5,412 nucleotides of DNA from a virus. Its lineage: Duplodnaviria > Heunggongvirae > Uroviricota > Caudoviricetes. Numbering within the stretch: position 1 is the stretch's first letter; each line of letters starts with the position of its first letter. A model generated the notes under the pieces. It was not told the DNA's origin, searched no databases, and worked only from the letters and a program-made list of their open reading frames with translations. The stretch is from the IMG/VR virus record IMGVR_UViG_2648501669_000015, positions 1-5,412 of that record, one strand, 5' to 3'. This document shows positions 1-5,412 of the stretch, piece by piece. The translations under genes were made by a program, and so were the position numbers.

Positions 1-1007
1 TTGGCGTAAAACTTCCCCTGCTTGCTCTCCCTGACCAGCCCTGTATTGATCCGTTGCTCAATACGGGTCAGATACGGCACAAGGGAATAGTTAATGAAAC
101 CAAGCCCCAGCTCTTCAATATTGTTGAAGGTGGCGCGATCGGTGTTCTGCACCATATGCAGCGGCACGCGGAACAGGCGACAGATTTCTTCCAGCTGAAA
201 CTTGCGGGTTTCCAGGAACTGGCTGTCCTCGGCATTCAGTGCCACCGTTTTCCAGTCCAGCCCCATTTCCAGAATCATCGGACGATGAGAGTTTCCCAGC
301 CCGACATGCCGTTCCTCAAAATCCTTTTTGATACGCGCATAAGCCTGGTCAGAAAGTTGTTGATCCGTACGCAACACACCGGATGTTACCGCGCCATTGC
401 CAAACAATCTGGCACCATGCTCCTCGGTTGCCGCTGCCAGTGAAATGGCCTCGCGCGCATATGCAATGGGATTCAGACCGACAAGTCCATCCAGCGTCAG
501 GGTACGCACATGCCAGATTTCATTCTGGGTCAGCACATCCACAGAACCATCCGGAAACGTCACCTGATAAACCGGCTGCCACTGGCTGTTCAGCTTCGGT
601 TCCACACAGCCCGGATCTATCGGAAGAAGCTCCACCACTTCCCCCAGTGCCTTTACCTTGTAGGCGTAAAAATTACCCCGCAGACACAGGCAGACGATAA
701 CCAGTTCCCAGAATTCCTGCGGCGTCATGTAGCCATTGGGTTTTGCCGAAATCAGCTTATGCAGCCGTTCATCCACCGCCCGTGTTTTAAGGGTGCCGCT
801 GATTTTGTAGAGACTGCAGGGCAGCATACCAACAGACTCAGCCAGCACCCTGACGCAGGAATAGACCGCCGTCAGCCGCATGGCCCGCTGGCTGCTGATC
901 CGCTTTCCGGTATAGGTGTCGTATGACAGCCCGATAGCCTCCGCCAGCTCTGCTGGCGTGGTCACCGGTGCGTCACTTTTTCGTTGAAATAACCCCGAAA
1001 AGAACAC
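1..1007 (-). CDS. Phage portal protein, HK97 family (partial; 3' end lies beyond the left edge of the window)
   Basis: My own minus-strand translation of 1..1007 is open throughout in one frame (codon tops at positions 2 mod 3) and gives ...TRKFQLEEICRLFRVPLHMVQNTDRATFNNIEELGLGFINYSLVPYLTRIEQRINTGLV..., which I recognise as HK97-type portal. Likely start is GTG at 1005-1007, preceded by GGAGGT (1013-1018) and overlapping the upstream TAG stop (TAGTG). It is absent from the ORF track only because it has no stop inside the window. It sits directly downstream of the large terminase, as expected. Confidence 0.82.
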   Translation of the reverse strand, partial: MFFSGLFQRKSDAPVTTPAELAEAIGLSYDTYTGKRISSQRAMRLTAVYSCVRVLAESVGMLPCSLYKISGTLKTRAVDERLHKLISAKPNGYMTPQEFWELVIVCLCLRGNFYAYKVKALGEVVELLPIDPGCVEPKLNSQWQPVYQVTFPDGSVDVLTQNEIWHVRTLTLDGLVGLNPIAYAREAISLAAATEEHGARLFGNGAVTSGVLRTDQQLSDQAYARIKKDFEERHVGLGNSHRPMILEMGLDWKTVALNAEDSQFLETRKFQLEEICRLFRVPLHMVQNTDRATFNNIEELGLGFINYSLVPYLTRIEQRINTGLVRESKQGKFYA

Positions 1008-1189
1008 TATTTACCTCCGCCGACAGACTGCCGTGTACGGTCGAGATATCGTGCAACCAGCCACGACCAGAACAGGCACAGCGCCCCGGCAACAACAAAA
1101 CCCGCCGGGGGATAAATCAGCCAGGCGCCATACGCCAGCAAAAGCACACCCAGCACGCCCACCAGAGGCGCGAGAATCAGCATGATCAT
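1007..1189 (-). CDS. Small hydrophobic protein (60 aa, two predicted TM helices), function unknown, between large terminase and portal
   Basis: ATG at 1187-1189 is preceded by GAGGT with about 4 nt spacing. The TAG stop at 1007-1009 overlaps the portal GTG start by 1 nt. The protein [60 protein letters not shown] has two hydrophobic spans and a basic C-terminus. Confidence 0.5.
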   Translation of the reverse strand: MIMLILAPLVGVLGVLLLAYGAWLIYPPAGFVVAGALCLFWSWLVARYLDRTRQSVGGGK

Positions 1190-1200
1190 AATTACCTCAG

Positions 1201-2931
1201 TTAAAGCGAACGGATCCCGTAGGACTCAATGTGGTCAGACAGCGTGTCTTCTTTCTCAAATAGCATGCAACGACCAATCGCCATAATCAGCGCCACAGCA
1301 CCATCGATTTTGTTTTCGTTGCCTTGTTTGATCGGACGAACAACATCATCGTCGCCGGGAATGTGCTTTCCAATCACGTTGCTGATACACCATGTCATCA
1401 CAGGATTACCATCATGATGAAAACGCCCGGCCTCAATAGCCGCCTCAAGTTCCTTCATGGGATCCGACATATTGGTGTAGTTCTGAATGATGGTAATAGG
1501 GTTTAAGTTTTCATCAGCAAGGTGGTGAGAAAGGTTTGTGGCTCCGTGGGGATCTATAGGTGACTCCTCCACTGCGTTTAAGCGATTTGCTTCTTTCGCA
1601 GACTCAAGGATCTCCCGGTAATCAATTTCCGCACCATCGGTAACGGTAATAAATCCCCCTTCAACCCACTTCTGATAACGTTCTGCTGTGCGACTGTCTG
1701 TCACATCAGCGCTGTAGATTGTGTCGTAGGGAACAAAAAACTTGGGTGCGACACAATAATAATGCGTTTTACCGTCAATCTCTCGGGTAAAAAGCCGTAC
1801 CATCGCGTTCAAATCCAGCTTTCGCGCAAGGTCAAACGCCAGAATGCAGGTATGCCCCTCAAAACGCTCCAGCGTCAGACTCCTGTCTTCACATTTCTGC
1901 CAGTTCACAAGATTGAAGAAGGCGTCTTTTGCTGCCACCCAGATATTCAGATGTTTCGTTTTGAATACGCCCACTTTTCGTGGGTTGTTAATTGCCGCGC
2001 GCTGTTGAGATAACAGGTAATCGCTGTAGACAGAAATCCCCATATTGGGGTTCGCTTTACGCAATACCGCCGGATCTGTCCAGTCATCCCCGTCGTCAAT
2101 GGTATAAATAATCCCGAACAGTTCATCATTGGGCACAATCCCTTCAAGCATTTCGATCACTTCACGACGTTTGTCGTAGCATGGTCCTTCAATGTTATAG
2201 CCCGCAGTGGTGATACCAAAAATCAGCGGCTGACGACGTGCCCCCATCCCGGTTTGCATCGTCTGGTAAAGCGCATCGGTCTGATGCTCGTGATATTCAT
2301 CAATGAGGGCGCAACTCGGCGACGCGCCGTCCCCGGGATCTCCAATCAACGGTTCAAAACGGGCACCGTCCTCCGGACGGCTCATGCTTTGAGCATGTAC
2401 TTCAATACCAAATGCTTCACGCAATGGTTCCGTGCGTTGCGCCATCAGTCTGGCTGGACGAAAAACTTCCCACGCCTGTTTCTCTGTTGTGGCCCCGGAA
2501 TACACTTCAGCGCCAAATTCATCATCGCAGGCAAACATATACAGACCAACGCCAGCAGACATTGCTGATTTCCCGTTTTTACGGGGTATTTCGTTGTAAG
2601 CCTCGCGAAATCGACGCAGGCCGCTCTTTTTTCTCACCCACCCAAACACAACACAAATACAGAACAACTGCCAGGGTTCAAGCGTAATGGGCATCCGTTT
2701 AAATGCCCACTCCCCTTTGGTGTGTGGCAAAAGCTGGATAAATTTCGCTACACGCTCAGCTTTATCCTTATCAAATTTAAACGGATAGTTTTTTTTAGCT
2801 GAGTTTTCCAGGTCATCAAGGTGACGCTGGCAGGCCAGAACGACATAACGGCAAACCTGAATTTTTCCGCGAACCACGTCACGTGCATACTGATTTGCGG
2901 CGTTAACGTTCACGTAATTTTTTCGTGTCAT
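1201..2931 (-). CDS. Phage terminase large subunit (Terminase_1 / HK97-like TerL: ATPase plus nuclease)
   Basis: A 576-aa ORF with the characteristic length and sequence character of HK97-type large terminases (N-terminal ATPase region ...[14 protein letters not shown]..., acidic C-terminal nuclease region ...[12 protein letters not shown]...). The ATG at 2929-2931 overlaps the TGA of the upstream small-terminase gene (ATGA). Confidence 0.92.
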   Translation of the reverse strand: MTRKNYVNVNAANQYARDVVRGKIQVCRYVVLACQRHLDDLENSAKKNYPFKFDKDKAERVAKFIQLLPHTKGEWAFKRMPITLEPWQLFCICVVFGWVRKKSGLRRFREAYNEIPRKNGKSAMSAGVGLYMFACDDEFGAEVYSGATTEKQAWEVFRPARLMAQRTEPLREAFGIEVHAQSMSRPEDGARFEPLIGDPGDGASPSCALIDEYHEHQTDALYQTMQTGMGARRQPLIFGITTAGYNIEGPCYDKRREVIEMLEGIVPNDELFGIIYTIDDGDDWTDPAVLRKANPNMGISVYSDYLLSQQRAAINNPRKVGVFKTKHLNIWVAAKDAFFNLVNWQKCEDRSLTLERFEGHTCILAFDLARKLDLNAMVRLFTREIDGKTHYYCVAPKFFVPYDTIYSADVTDSRTAERYQKWVEGGFITVTDGAEIDYREILESAKEANRLNAVEESPIDPHGATNLSHHLADENLNPITIIQNYTNMSDPMKELEAAIEAGRFHHDGNPVMTWCISNVIGKHIPGDDDVVRPIKQGNENKIDGAVALIMAIGRCMLFEKEDTLSDHIESYGIRSL

Positions 2932-3398
2932 AGGTTTTTAAATGGATTATCGCTCCCCTGCTTCGGCGTGATAAGCCGCTGCCGACTGGCAGGATCGAGC
3001 CCTAATAAACTACCGAATGTCACCATTTGTCTGGCGGCCTCATTTGCCGCCGTGAGTGCCGGGTTTTTCTTTGGCCCCACCTCACTCTCTACCGTAATCC
3101 CAACGCGCATAACCTCCTGCTGCGACTCATGCCAGTTGCGAAAAGCAGTGCAGAATGCAACGACATTATGCAAATCAGTAACATAAAGAACTCGCTGGGC
3201 ACAGAGCTCACGAATAATGGTATCCCACATATGGCGAGCGGTTTCATCAAACCACTCGGGAGGGTCAGCATGGGTGATCGGCGTGAATTTTGGCTCAAAC
3301 TTATTTAATGCCCGCTTGCCGGGATTGCCTGCCAGCTCCTTACGGGTGGTCGGCTTCGGCTTTCTCCCTCTTCCGGGCGCAACAGATTTTCCTGACAT
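2928..3398 (-). CDS. Phage terminase small subunit, P27 family
   Basis: Starting from the internal ATG at 3396-3398 gives [38 protein letters not shown]..., a typical P27-type TerS N-terminus. The track's longer ORF (to 3599) would overlap the HNH gene and the putative cos region. A weak AGGA lies about 10 nt upstream. The stop overlaps the TerL start. Confidence 0.85.
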   Translation of the reverse strand: MSGKSVAPGRGRKPKPTTRKELAGNPGKRALNKFEPKFTPITHADPPEWFDETARHMWDTIIRELCAQRVLYVTDLHNVVAFCTAFRNWHESQQEVMRVGITVESEVGPKKNPALTAANEAARQMVTFGSLLGLDPASRQRLITPKQGSDNPFKNL

Positions 3399-3513
3399 GT
3401 CAAATCCTGAAATTTTTAATTTCGCGGGTGTAAAAATTTGACGGGGCGGGCGGTCCCGGACAGCCAGGGTTGCAGGGATTTGACCCGCCCCTCCCCACAA
3501 GTGAGAATAATTA
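3399..3513. other. Candidate cos / packaging-initiation region (HNH-to-TerS intergenic)
   Basis: A 115-bp non-coding gap with ATTTGAC at 3436-3442 and 3478-3484 (direct, about 42 bp apart), each followed by a GC-rich element in opposite orientation (GGGGCGGG at 3443-3450, CCGCCCC at 3485-3491), and an inverted GTCAAAT copy at 3399-3405 abutting the TerS start codon. Its position between HNH and TerS matches where cos lies in HK97-like phages. Confidence 0.35.
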
Positions 3514-3864
3514 TCACCTGATTCGTTCGCGCGCTGTTTTCGCTTTATGGCAGGGCCAGCACAGACTCTGCAGGTTGCTGTCTGCGTCTGTTCCGCCATG
3601 CGCTTTCGGGATGATGTGGTCGACAGTTTTCGCCTCGCTCACCACACCAACACGCAGACACAACTGACACAGACCTTTATCGCGCTTCAGTATACGGGCG
3701 CGAATCACCGTCCATTTTGAGCCATAGCCACGCTGGTGGCGGCTCAGTCCGCGCTGGTGCTGCACCCAGCCTTCACCCCGATGTTTATCGCAGTAGCCAG
3801 AGCTGTCTGTTGTTGTGCCTGCGCAGCCTCGCTTACGGCATGCGCGGGGGATTCGTGACGGCAT
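3514..3864 (-). CDS. HNH endonuclease (phage packaging-associated HNH)
   Basis: A 116-aa ORF with a Cys-rich N-terminus (CRKRGCAGTTTDSSGYCDKH) and an HNH core (DHIIPKAHGGTDADSNLQSLCWPCHKAKT). It lies immediately upstream of cos and TerS, as in HK97-like phages. Confidence 0.9.
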   Translation of the reverse strand: MPSRIPRACRKRGCAGTTTDSSGYCDKHRGEGWVQHQRGLSRHQRGYGSKWTVIRARILKRDKGLCQLCLRVGVVSEAKTVDHIIPKAHGGTDADSNLQSLCWPCHKAKTARERIR

Positions 3865-3892
3865 AGAACTTCACTCATCTGATGTTAAAATT
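3864..3892 (+). promoter_or_regulatory. Candidate sigma70 promoter with extended -10 (TGtTAAAAT) for the plus-strand moron gene
   Basis: TGT at 3883-3885 followed by TAAAAT at 3886-3891, with a weak -35-like TAGAAC at 3864-3869 (about 16 bp spacing). It lies 34 nt upstream of the ATG at 3925, in the divergent gap between HNH and the plus-strand ORF. Confidence 0.25.
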
Positions 3893-3924
3893 CCCACCCT
3901 TTAAAAAAACAATACGGAGGACAA

Positions 3925-4125
3925 ATGAAAAACACGATTTCTAAAGGCTTTCACCGGGTAGGAATTCTGTTAGCTATTCTGGTGTTCATTTTCGGCCTTT
4001 TATCAACAGAGACCCGGGGGTTTTCACTGTTTGATATCCTTGTTTCCCTGATATCTGCCTTGTTGGTATACAGCATCATCAGGCTTGTGGGATGGGCCAT
4101 TAAAGGATTTATGAAAGACAACTAA
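3925..4125 (+). CDS. Small 2-TM membrane protein (66 aa), moron-like accessory gene of unknown function, counter-oriented to the phage late genes
   Basis: Strong Shine-Dalgarno GGAGG at 3916-3920, 4 nt before the ATG. The protein MKNTISKGFHRVGILLAILVFIFGLLSTETRGFSLFDILVSLISALLVYSIIRLVGWAIKGFMKDN has two hydrophobic helices separated by a short polar loop. The region is visibly AT-richer than the flanking phage genes (by eye, not computed). It is the only plus-strand gene in the window. Confidence 0.6.
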   Translation: MKNTISKGFHRVGILLAILVFIFGLLSTETRGFSLFDILVSLISALLVYSIIRLVGWAIKGFMKDN

Positions 4126-4135
4126 AGCATTATCG

Positions 4136-4162
4136 CAGCCCATCGCTGTGTGAAGGGCTGCT
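4136..4162. terminator. Perfect 7-bp stem hairpin (GCAGCCC / GGGCTGC, 13-nt loop) just 3' of the plus-strand moron gene; possible terminator or RNA-stability element without a U-tract
   Basis: The inverted repeat was read directly and starts 11 nt after the TAA stop at 4123-4125. No T-run follows on either strand, so an intrinsic-terminator role is uncertain. Confidence 0.25.
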
Positions 4163-4172
4163 GTAATGCCTG

Positions 4173-4185
4173 TTACTCAGTAACG
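4173..4185. promoter_or_regulatory. Short perfect palindrome GTTAC-TCA-GTAAC between convergent genes
   Basis: Read directly from the sequence. It could be a protein-binding site or a small hairpin; its function is unknown. Confidence 0.15.
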
Positions 4186-4204
4186 ACTGCGCCTTCCGGC
4201 AATT

Positions 4205-4333
4205 TCACGTCTTATCAAACAGCGCCAACAATTCAGAATTTATCTTCTCGAAGCATTCTGAATTAAGTCGAGTGCCAACTGCTACATTTGCTGATGCAGC
4301 AGCTTTTTTATTTAGATTATTTTTCTTCTCCAT
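4205..4333 (-). CDS. Hypothetical small protein (42 aa, Lys/Ala-rich, non-hydrophobic), AT-rich, downstream of the lysis lipoprotein
   Basis: Hand translation of the minus strand gives MEKKNNLNKKAAASANVAVGTRLNSECFEKINSELLALFDKT with a TGA stop at 4205-4207. AAGAGGGT lies about 7 nt upstream of the ATG at 4331-4333. It falls below the ORF-track size cutoff. It could equally be non-coding. Confidence 0.3.
   Translation of the reverse strand: MEKKNNLNKKAAASANVAVGTRLNSECFEKINSELLALFDKT
4290..4309 (+). terminator. Weak candidate intrinsic terminator (plus strand): GCTG-ATGCAG-CAGC hairpin followed by TTTTTT
   Basis: A 4-5 bp stem at 4290-4303 is followed by a T6 run at 4304-4309. It is about 165 nt downstream of the plus-strand moron gene stop and lies inside the minus-strand 42-aa ORF. 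Confidence 0.25.
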
Positions 4334-4372
4334 TAATCTACCCTCTTAAATATAGATGCGGAGTGTCAGCGA

Positions 4373-4555
4373 TCAGTTCTGCAGACACTGCCGAACACCG
4401 TCGACAATTTCACAGACCTGAGAAGCCGTATCGAAAAGCTGGCGCGCCTTATCCAGGCTAACGCATCCCACCAATAAAAAAGGCACCAGTATCACTACCA
4501 GTGCCCATTTCGCCGCCGTTCGCGGCATTCTGTGTGTCCAGTGTTTTCTGCTCAT
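4373..4555 (-). CDS. Small lipoprotein (about 60 aa precursor) in the lysis cassette; possible o-spanin-like or other lysis/exclusion lipoprotein
   Basis: Starting at the internal ATG at 4553-4555 (AGGTG about 4 nt upstream, and after the endolysin stop) gives MSRKHWTHRMPRTAAKWALVVILVPFLLVGC|VSLDKARQLFDTASQVCEIVDGVRQCLQN. This has a basic N-region, a hydrophobic core and an L-V-G-C lipobox, leaving a short mature peptide with three Cys. The track's longer ORF (to 4627) would overlap the endolysin 3' end. Confidence 0.5.
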   Translation of the reverse strand: MSRKHWTHRMPRTAAKWALVVILVPFLLVGCVSLDKARQLFDTASQVCEIVDGVRQCLQN

Positions 4556-4569
4556 AACACACCTGGTTA

Positions 4570-4947
4570 TCAGCGTTTCAACTGAAAGTGAGGCCCGTCT
4601 TTCAGTGTTTTCCAGTCCCCGCCCCATTCGATGGCAGTTCCCAGCTCTGCGGCAGCCTGCTTAAATGCCTGCGCGATTTTCTCGTACAGAGGCCAGTCCC
4701 ATGACACCTGGCTGCCACCCCAGGCAACAACATCCACCGCATCACCGGTCAGATGGCGGCTGTTCATGGTCTGGCTCTTACCTTCTGCGACCAGCTGTTT
4801 CTGGCGATACTTACTGCGCAGGCCTTCCGTAATACCGAAATCAACCTCCGTCAGCTCAAGGGCACGGCGAACGACAGCAACCAGCTGTGGTTTGACGCCC
4901 TCCAGATTCTTTTCGCTGCGACGACTAAATCTGAATTTACCCGACAT
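4570..4947 (-). CDS. Endolysin, peptidase M15 family (L-alanyl-D-glutamate / D-Ala-D-Ala-type zinc peptidase)
   Basis: The protein carries zinc-peptidase M15-type motifs: SRHLTGDAVDV and WGGDW...DGPHFQL. The likely start is ATG at 4945-4947 with GAGGTG upstream; the track's GTG at 4953 is an alternative. It lies directly downstream of the holin-like gene. Confidence 0.82.
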   Translation of the reverse strand: MSGKFRFSRRSEKNLEGVKPQLVAVVRRALELTEVDFGITEGLRSKYRQKQLVAEGKSQTMNSRHLTGDAVDVVAWGGSQVSWDWPLYEKIAQAFKQAAAELGTAIEWGGDWKTLKDGPHFQLKR

Positions 4948-4949
4948 AT

Positions 4950-5225
4950 TCACCTCAACAATGGAAAGATTTTTGTGACGTTCCCGCGTGCGCGTATCAC
5001 CAGCACGCAGAACAGCAGGTTAAAAAACACCTGGAACCAGTCTGTTTCTAACGGGCGACCACACAGATAGCTGAGTGGAACAAAGCCATAAAGCAACATC
5101 AGCAGCCAGGCCAGCCATGACATCAGCGGTTTATGTCTGGAATCACGGCGACGATAAAAAAAGAGCGTCAGCACGATAACCGTGCATAACGCCACATTCA
5201 GTAATCCGGGAAGGTTACTTAACAT
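4950..5225 (-). CDS. Putative holin (about 91 aa, three predicted TM segments, basic C-terminus)
   Basis: ATG at 5223-5225 is preceded by GGAGG with 5 nt spacing. The protein MLSNLPGLLNVALCTVIVLTLFFY...LMSWLAWLLMLLYGFVPLSYL...WFQVFFNLLFCVLVIRARGNVTKIFPLLR is hydrophobic. The TGA stop at 4950-4952 abuts the endolysin start, as in holin-endolysin cassettes. No holin family is recognised by sequence. Confidence 0.45.
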   Translation of the reverse strand: MLSNLPGLLNVALCTVIVLTLFFYRRRDSRHKPLMSWLAWLLMLLYGFVPLSYLCGRPLETDWFQVFFNLLFCVLVIRARGNVTKIFPLLR

Positions 5226-5412
5226 TGTCGCCTCCACCACTCTTCAGGCGGGAGAGCAGACAGGACATCAGTGATATAACGTCCTGCCTGTGCACAAAGG
5301 ACAGCACTTTTACCGACAATACAGACACCAGTACTGCACACAATGCGTCGACAGGTGCACCGTCAAACTCTGTATGCTTTACCAGCCAGGATGCCAGAAC
5401 CTCTGCCCCCAG
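5215..5412 (-). CDS. Partial ORF (C-terminal 65 codons; start beyond the right edge), hydrophobic; possibly a second holin/antiholin-like or other late protein
   Basis: It is the only minus-strand frame open across 5241..5412 and gives ...LGAEVLASWLVKHTEFDGAPVDALCAVLVSVLSVKVLSFVHRQDVISLMSCLLSRLKSGGGDNVK*. The TAA stop at 5215-5217 overlaps the start of the holin-like gene. An open frame of this length could arise by chance. Confidence 0.25.
   Translation of the reverse strand: MGAEVLASWLVKHTEFDGAPVDALCAVLVSVLSVKVLSFVHRQDVISLMSCLLSRLKSGGGDNVK

Noticed and set aside
54-926. Plus-strand ORFs 54..443, 383..700 and 510..926 from the track
   Set aside because: They overlap one another in different frames and all lie antisense to the continuous portal reading frame. 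Their translations have no recognisable protein character.
968-1204. Plus-strand ORF 968..1204 (78 aa, rich in R/Q/H/N)
   Set aside because: It is antisense to the small membrane protein gene and the portal start region. It has a low-complexity composition and no ribosome-binding site.
1229-2687. Several ORFs on either strand inside the large-terminase gene (1229..1417, 1324..1506, 1762..2013, 1947..2147, 2254..2568, 2412..2687)
   Set aside because: They are nested within or antisense to a high-confidence 576-aa TerL coding sequence and are typical shadow ORFs.
2821-3441. ORFs overlapping the TerS gene on either strand (2821..3186, 3027..3308, 3089..3298, 3217..3441)
   Set aside because: They are shadow ORFs of the small-terminase gene and have no independent signals.
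3421-3500. Reading the GC-rich intergenic repeats as a Rho-independent terminator for the HNH gene
   Set aside because: The GGGGCGGG / CCCGCCCC arms are separated by about 33 nt and no T-run follows on the minus strand. The position and symmetry fit a terminase recognition or cos element better.
3399-3599. N-terminal extension of the TerS ORF to the ATG at 3597-3599 (MAEQTQ...)
   Set aside because: It would overlap the 3' end of the HNH gene by about 86 nt and cover the putative cos site. The internal start gives the canonical [17 protein letters not shown]-terminus.
3470-3667. Plus-strand ORF 3470..3667
   Set aside because: It is antisense to the HNH gene and the intergenic cos-like region, with no ribosome-binding site.
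4294-4461. Plus-strand 55-aa ORF starting at the ATG at 4294
   Set aside because: It has no Shine-Dalgarno sequence, it runs antisense through the lipoprotein gene, and it is probably a chance ORF in AT-rich sequence.
4556-4627. Upstream extension of the lipoprotein ORF to the ATG at 4627
   Set aside because: It would overlap the endolysin 3' end by 58 nt. The internal ATG at 4555 has an AGGTG ribosome-binding site and yields a textbook lipoprotein signal peptide.
4631-5070. Plus-strand ORFs 4631..4978 and 4753..5070
   Set aside because: They are antisense to the endolysin and holin-like genes. They are Ser/Thr/Arg-rich shadow translations.
1-5412. CRISPR arrays, tRNA or rRNA genes, IS elements or integrase
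   Set aside because: I saw no regularly spaced direct repeats, no cloverleaf-compatible tRNA-like segments and no transposase or integrase-like ORFs. The only repeats are the short cos-region motifs and the intergenic hairpins.

Overview
This window reads as the late-gene region of an HK97-like (lambdoid-type) enterobacterial phage or prophage, with almost every gene on the minus strand. In minus-strand order (right to left) it holds a lysis cassette (a partial hydrophobic ORF, a 3-TM holin-like protein, a peptidase-M15-type endolysin and a small lipoprotein), then a small 42-aa ORF, the HNH endonuclease, a GC-rich repeat-bearing intergenic region that is a candidate cos/packaging site, the P27-type small terminase, the large terminase, a small 2-TM membrane protein, and the N-terminal ~335 aa of an HK97-family portal protein that runs off the left edge. 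The ORF track omits the portal because it is edge-truncated; I found it by translating the minus strand of 1..1007 myself. The only plus-strand gene is a 66-aa 2-TM membrane protein (3925..4125) in an AT-rich island between HNH and the lysis genes, with a strong GGAGG ribosome-binding site, a candidate extended -10 promoter and downstream hairpins. This moron-like, counter-oriented insert is the best candidate for an accessory or undescribed function such as exclusion, abortive infection or a toxin. All product calls rest on motif recognition by eye; no searches or computations were run.
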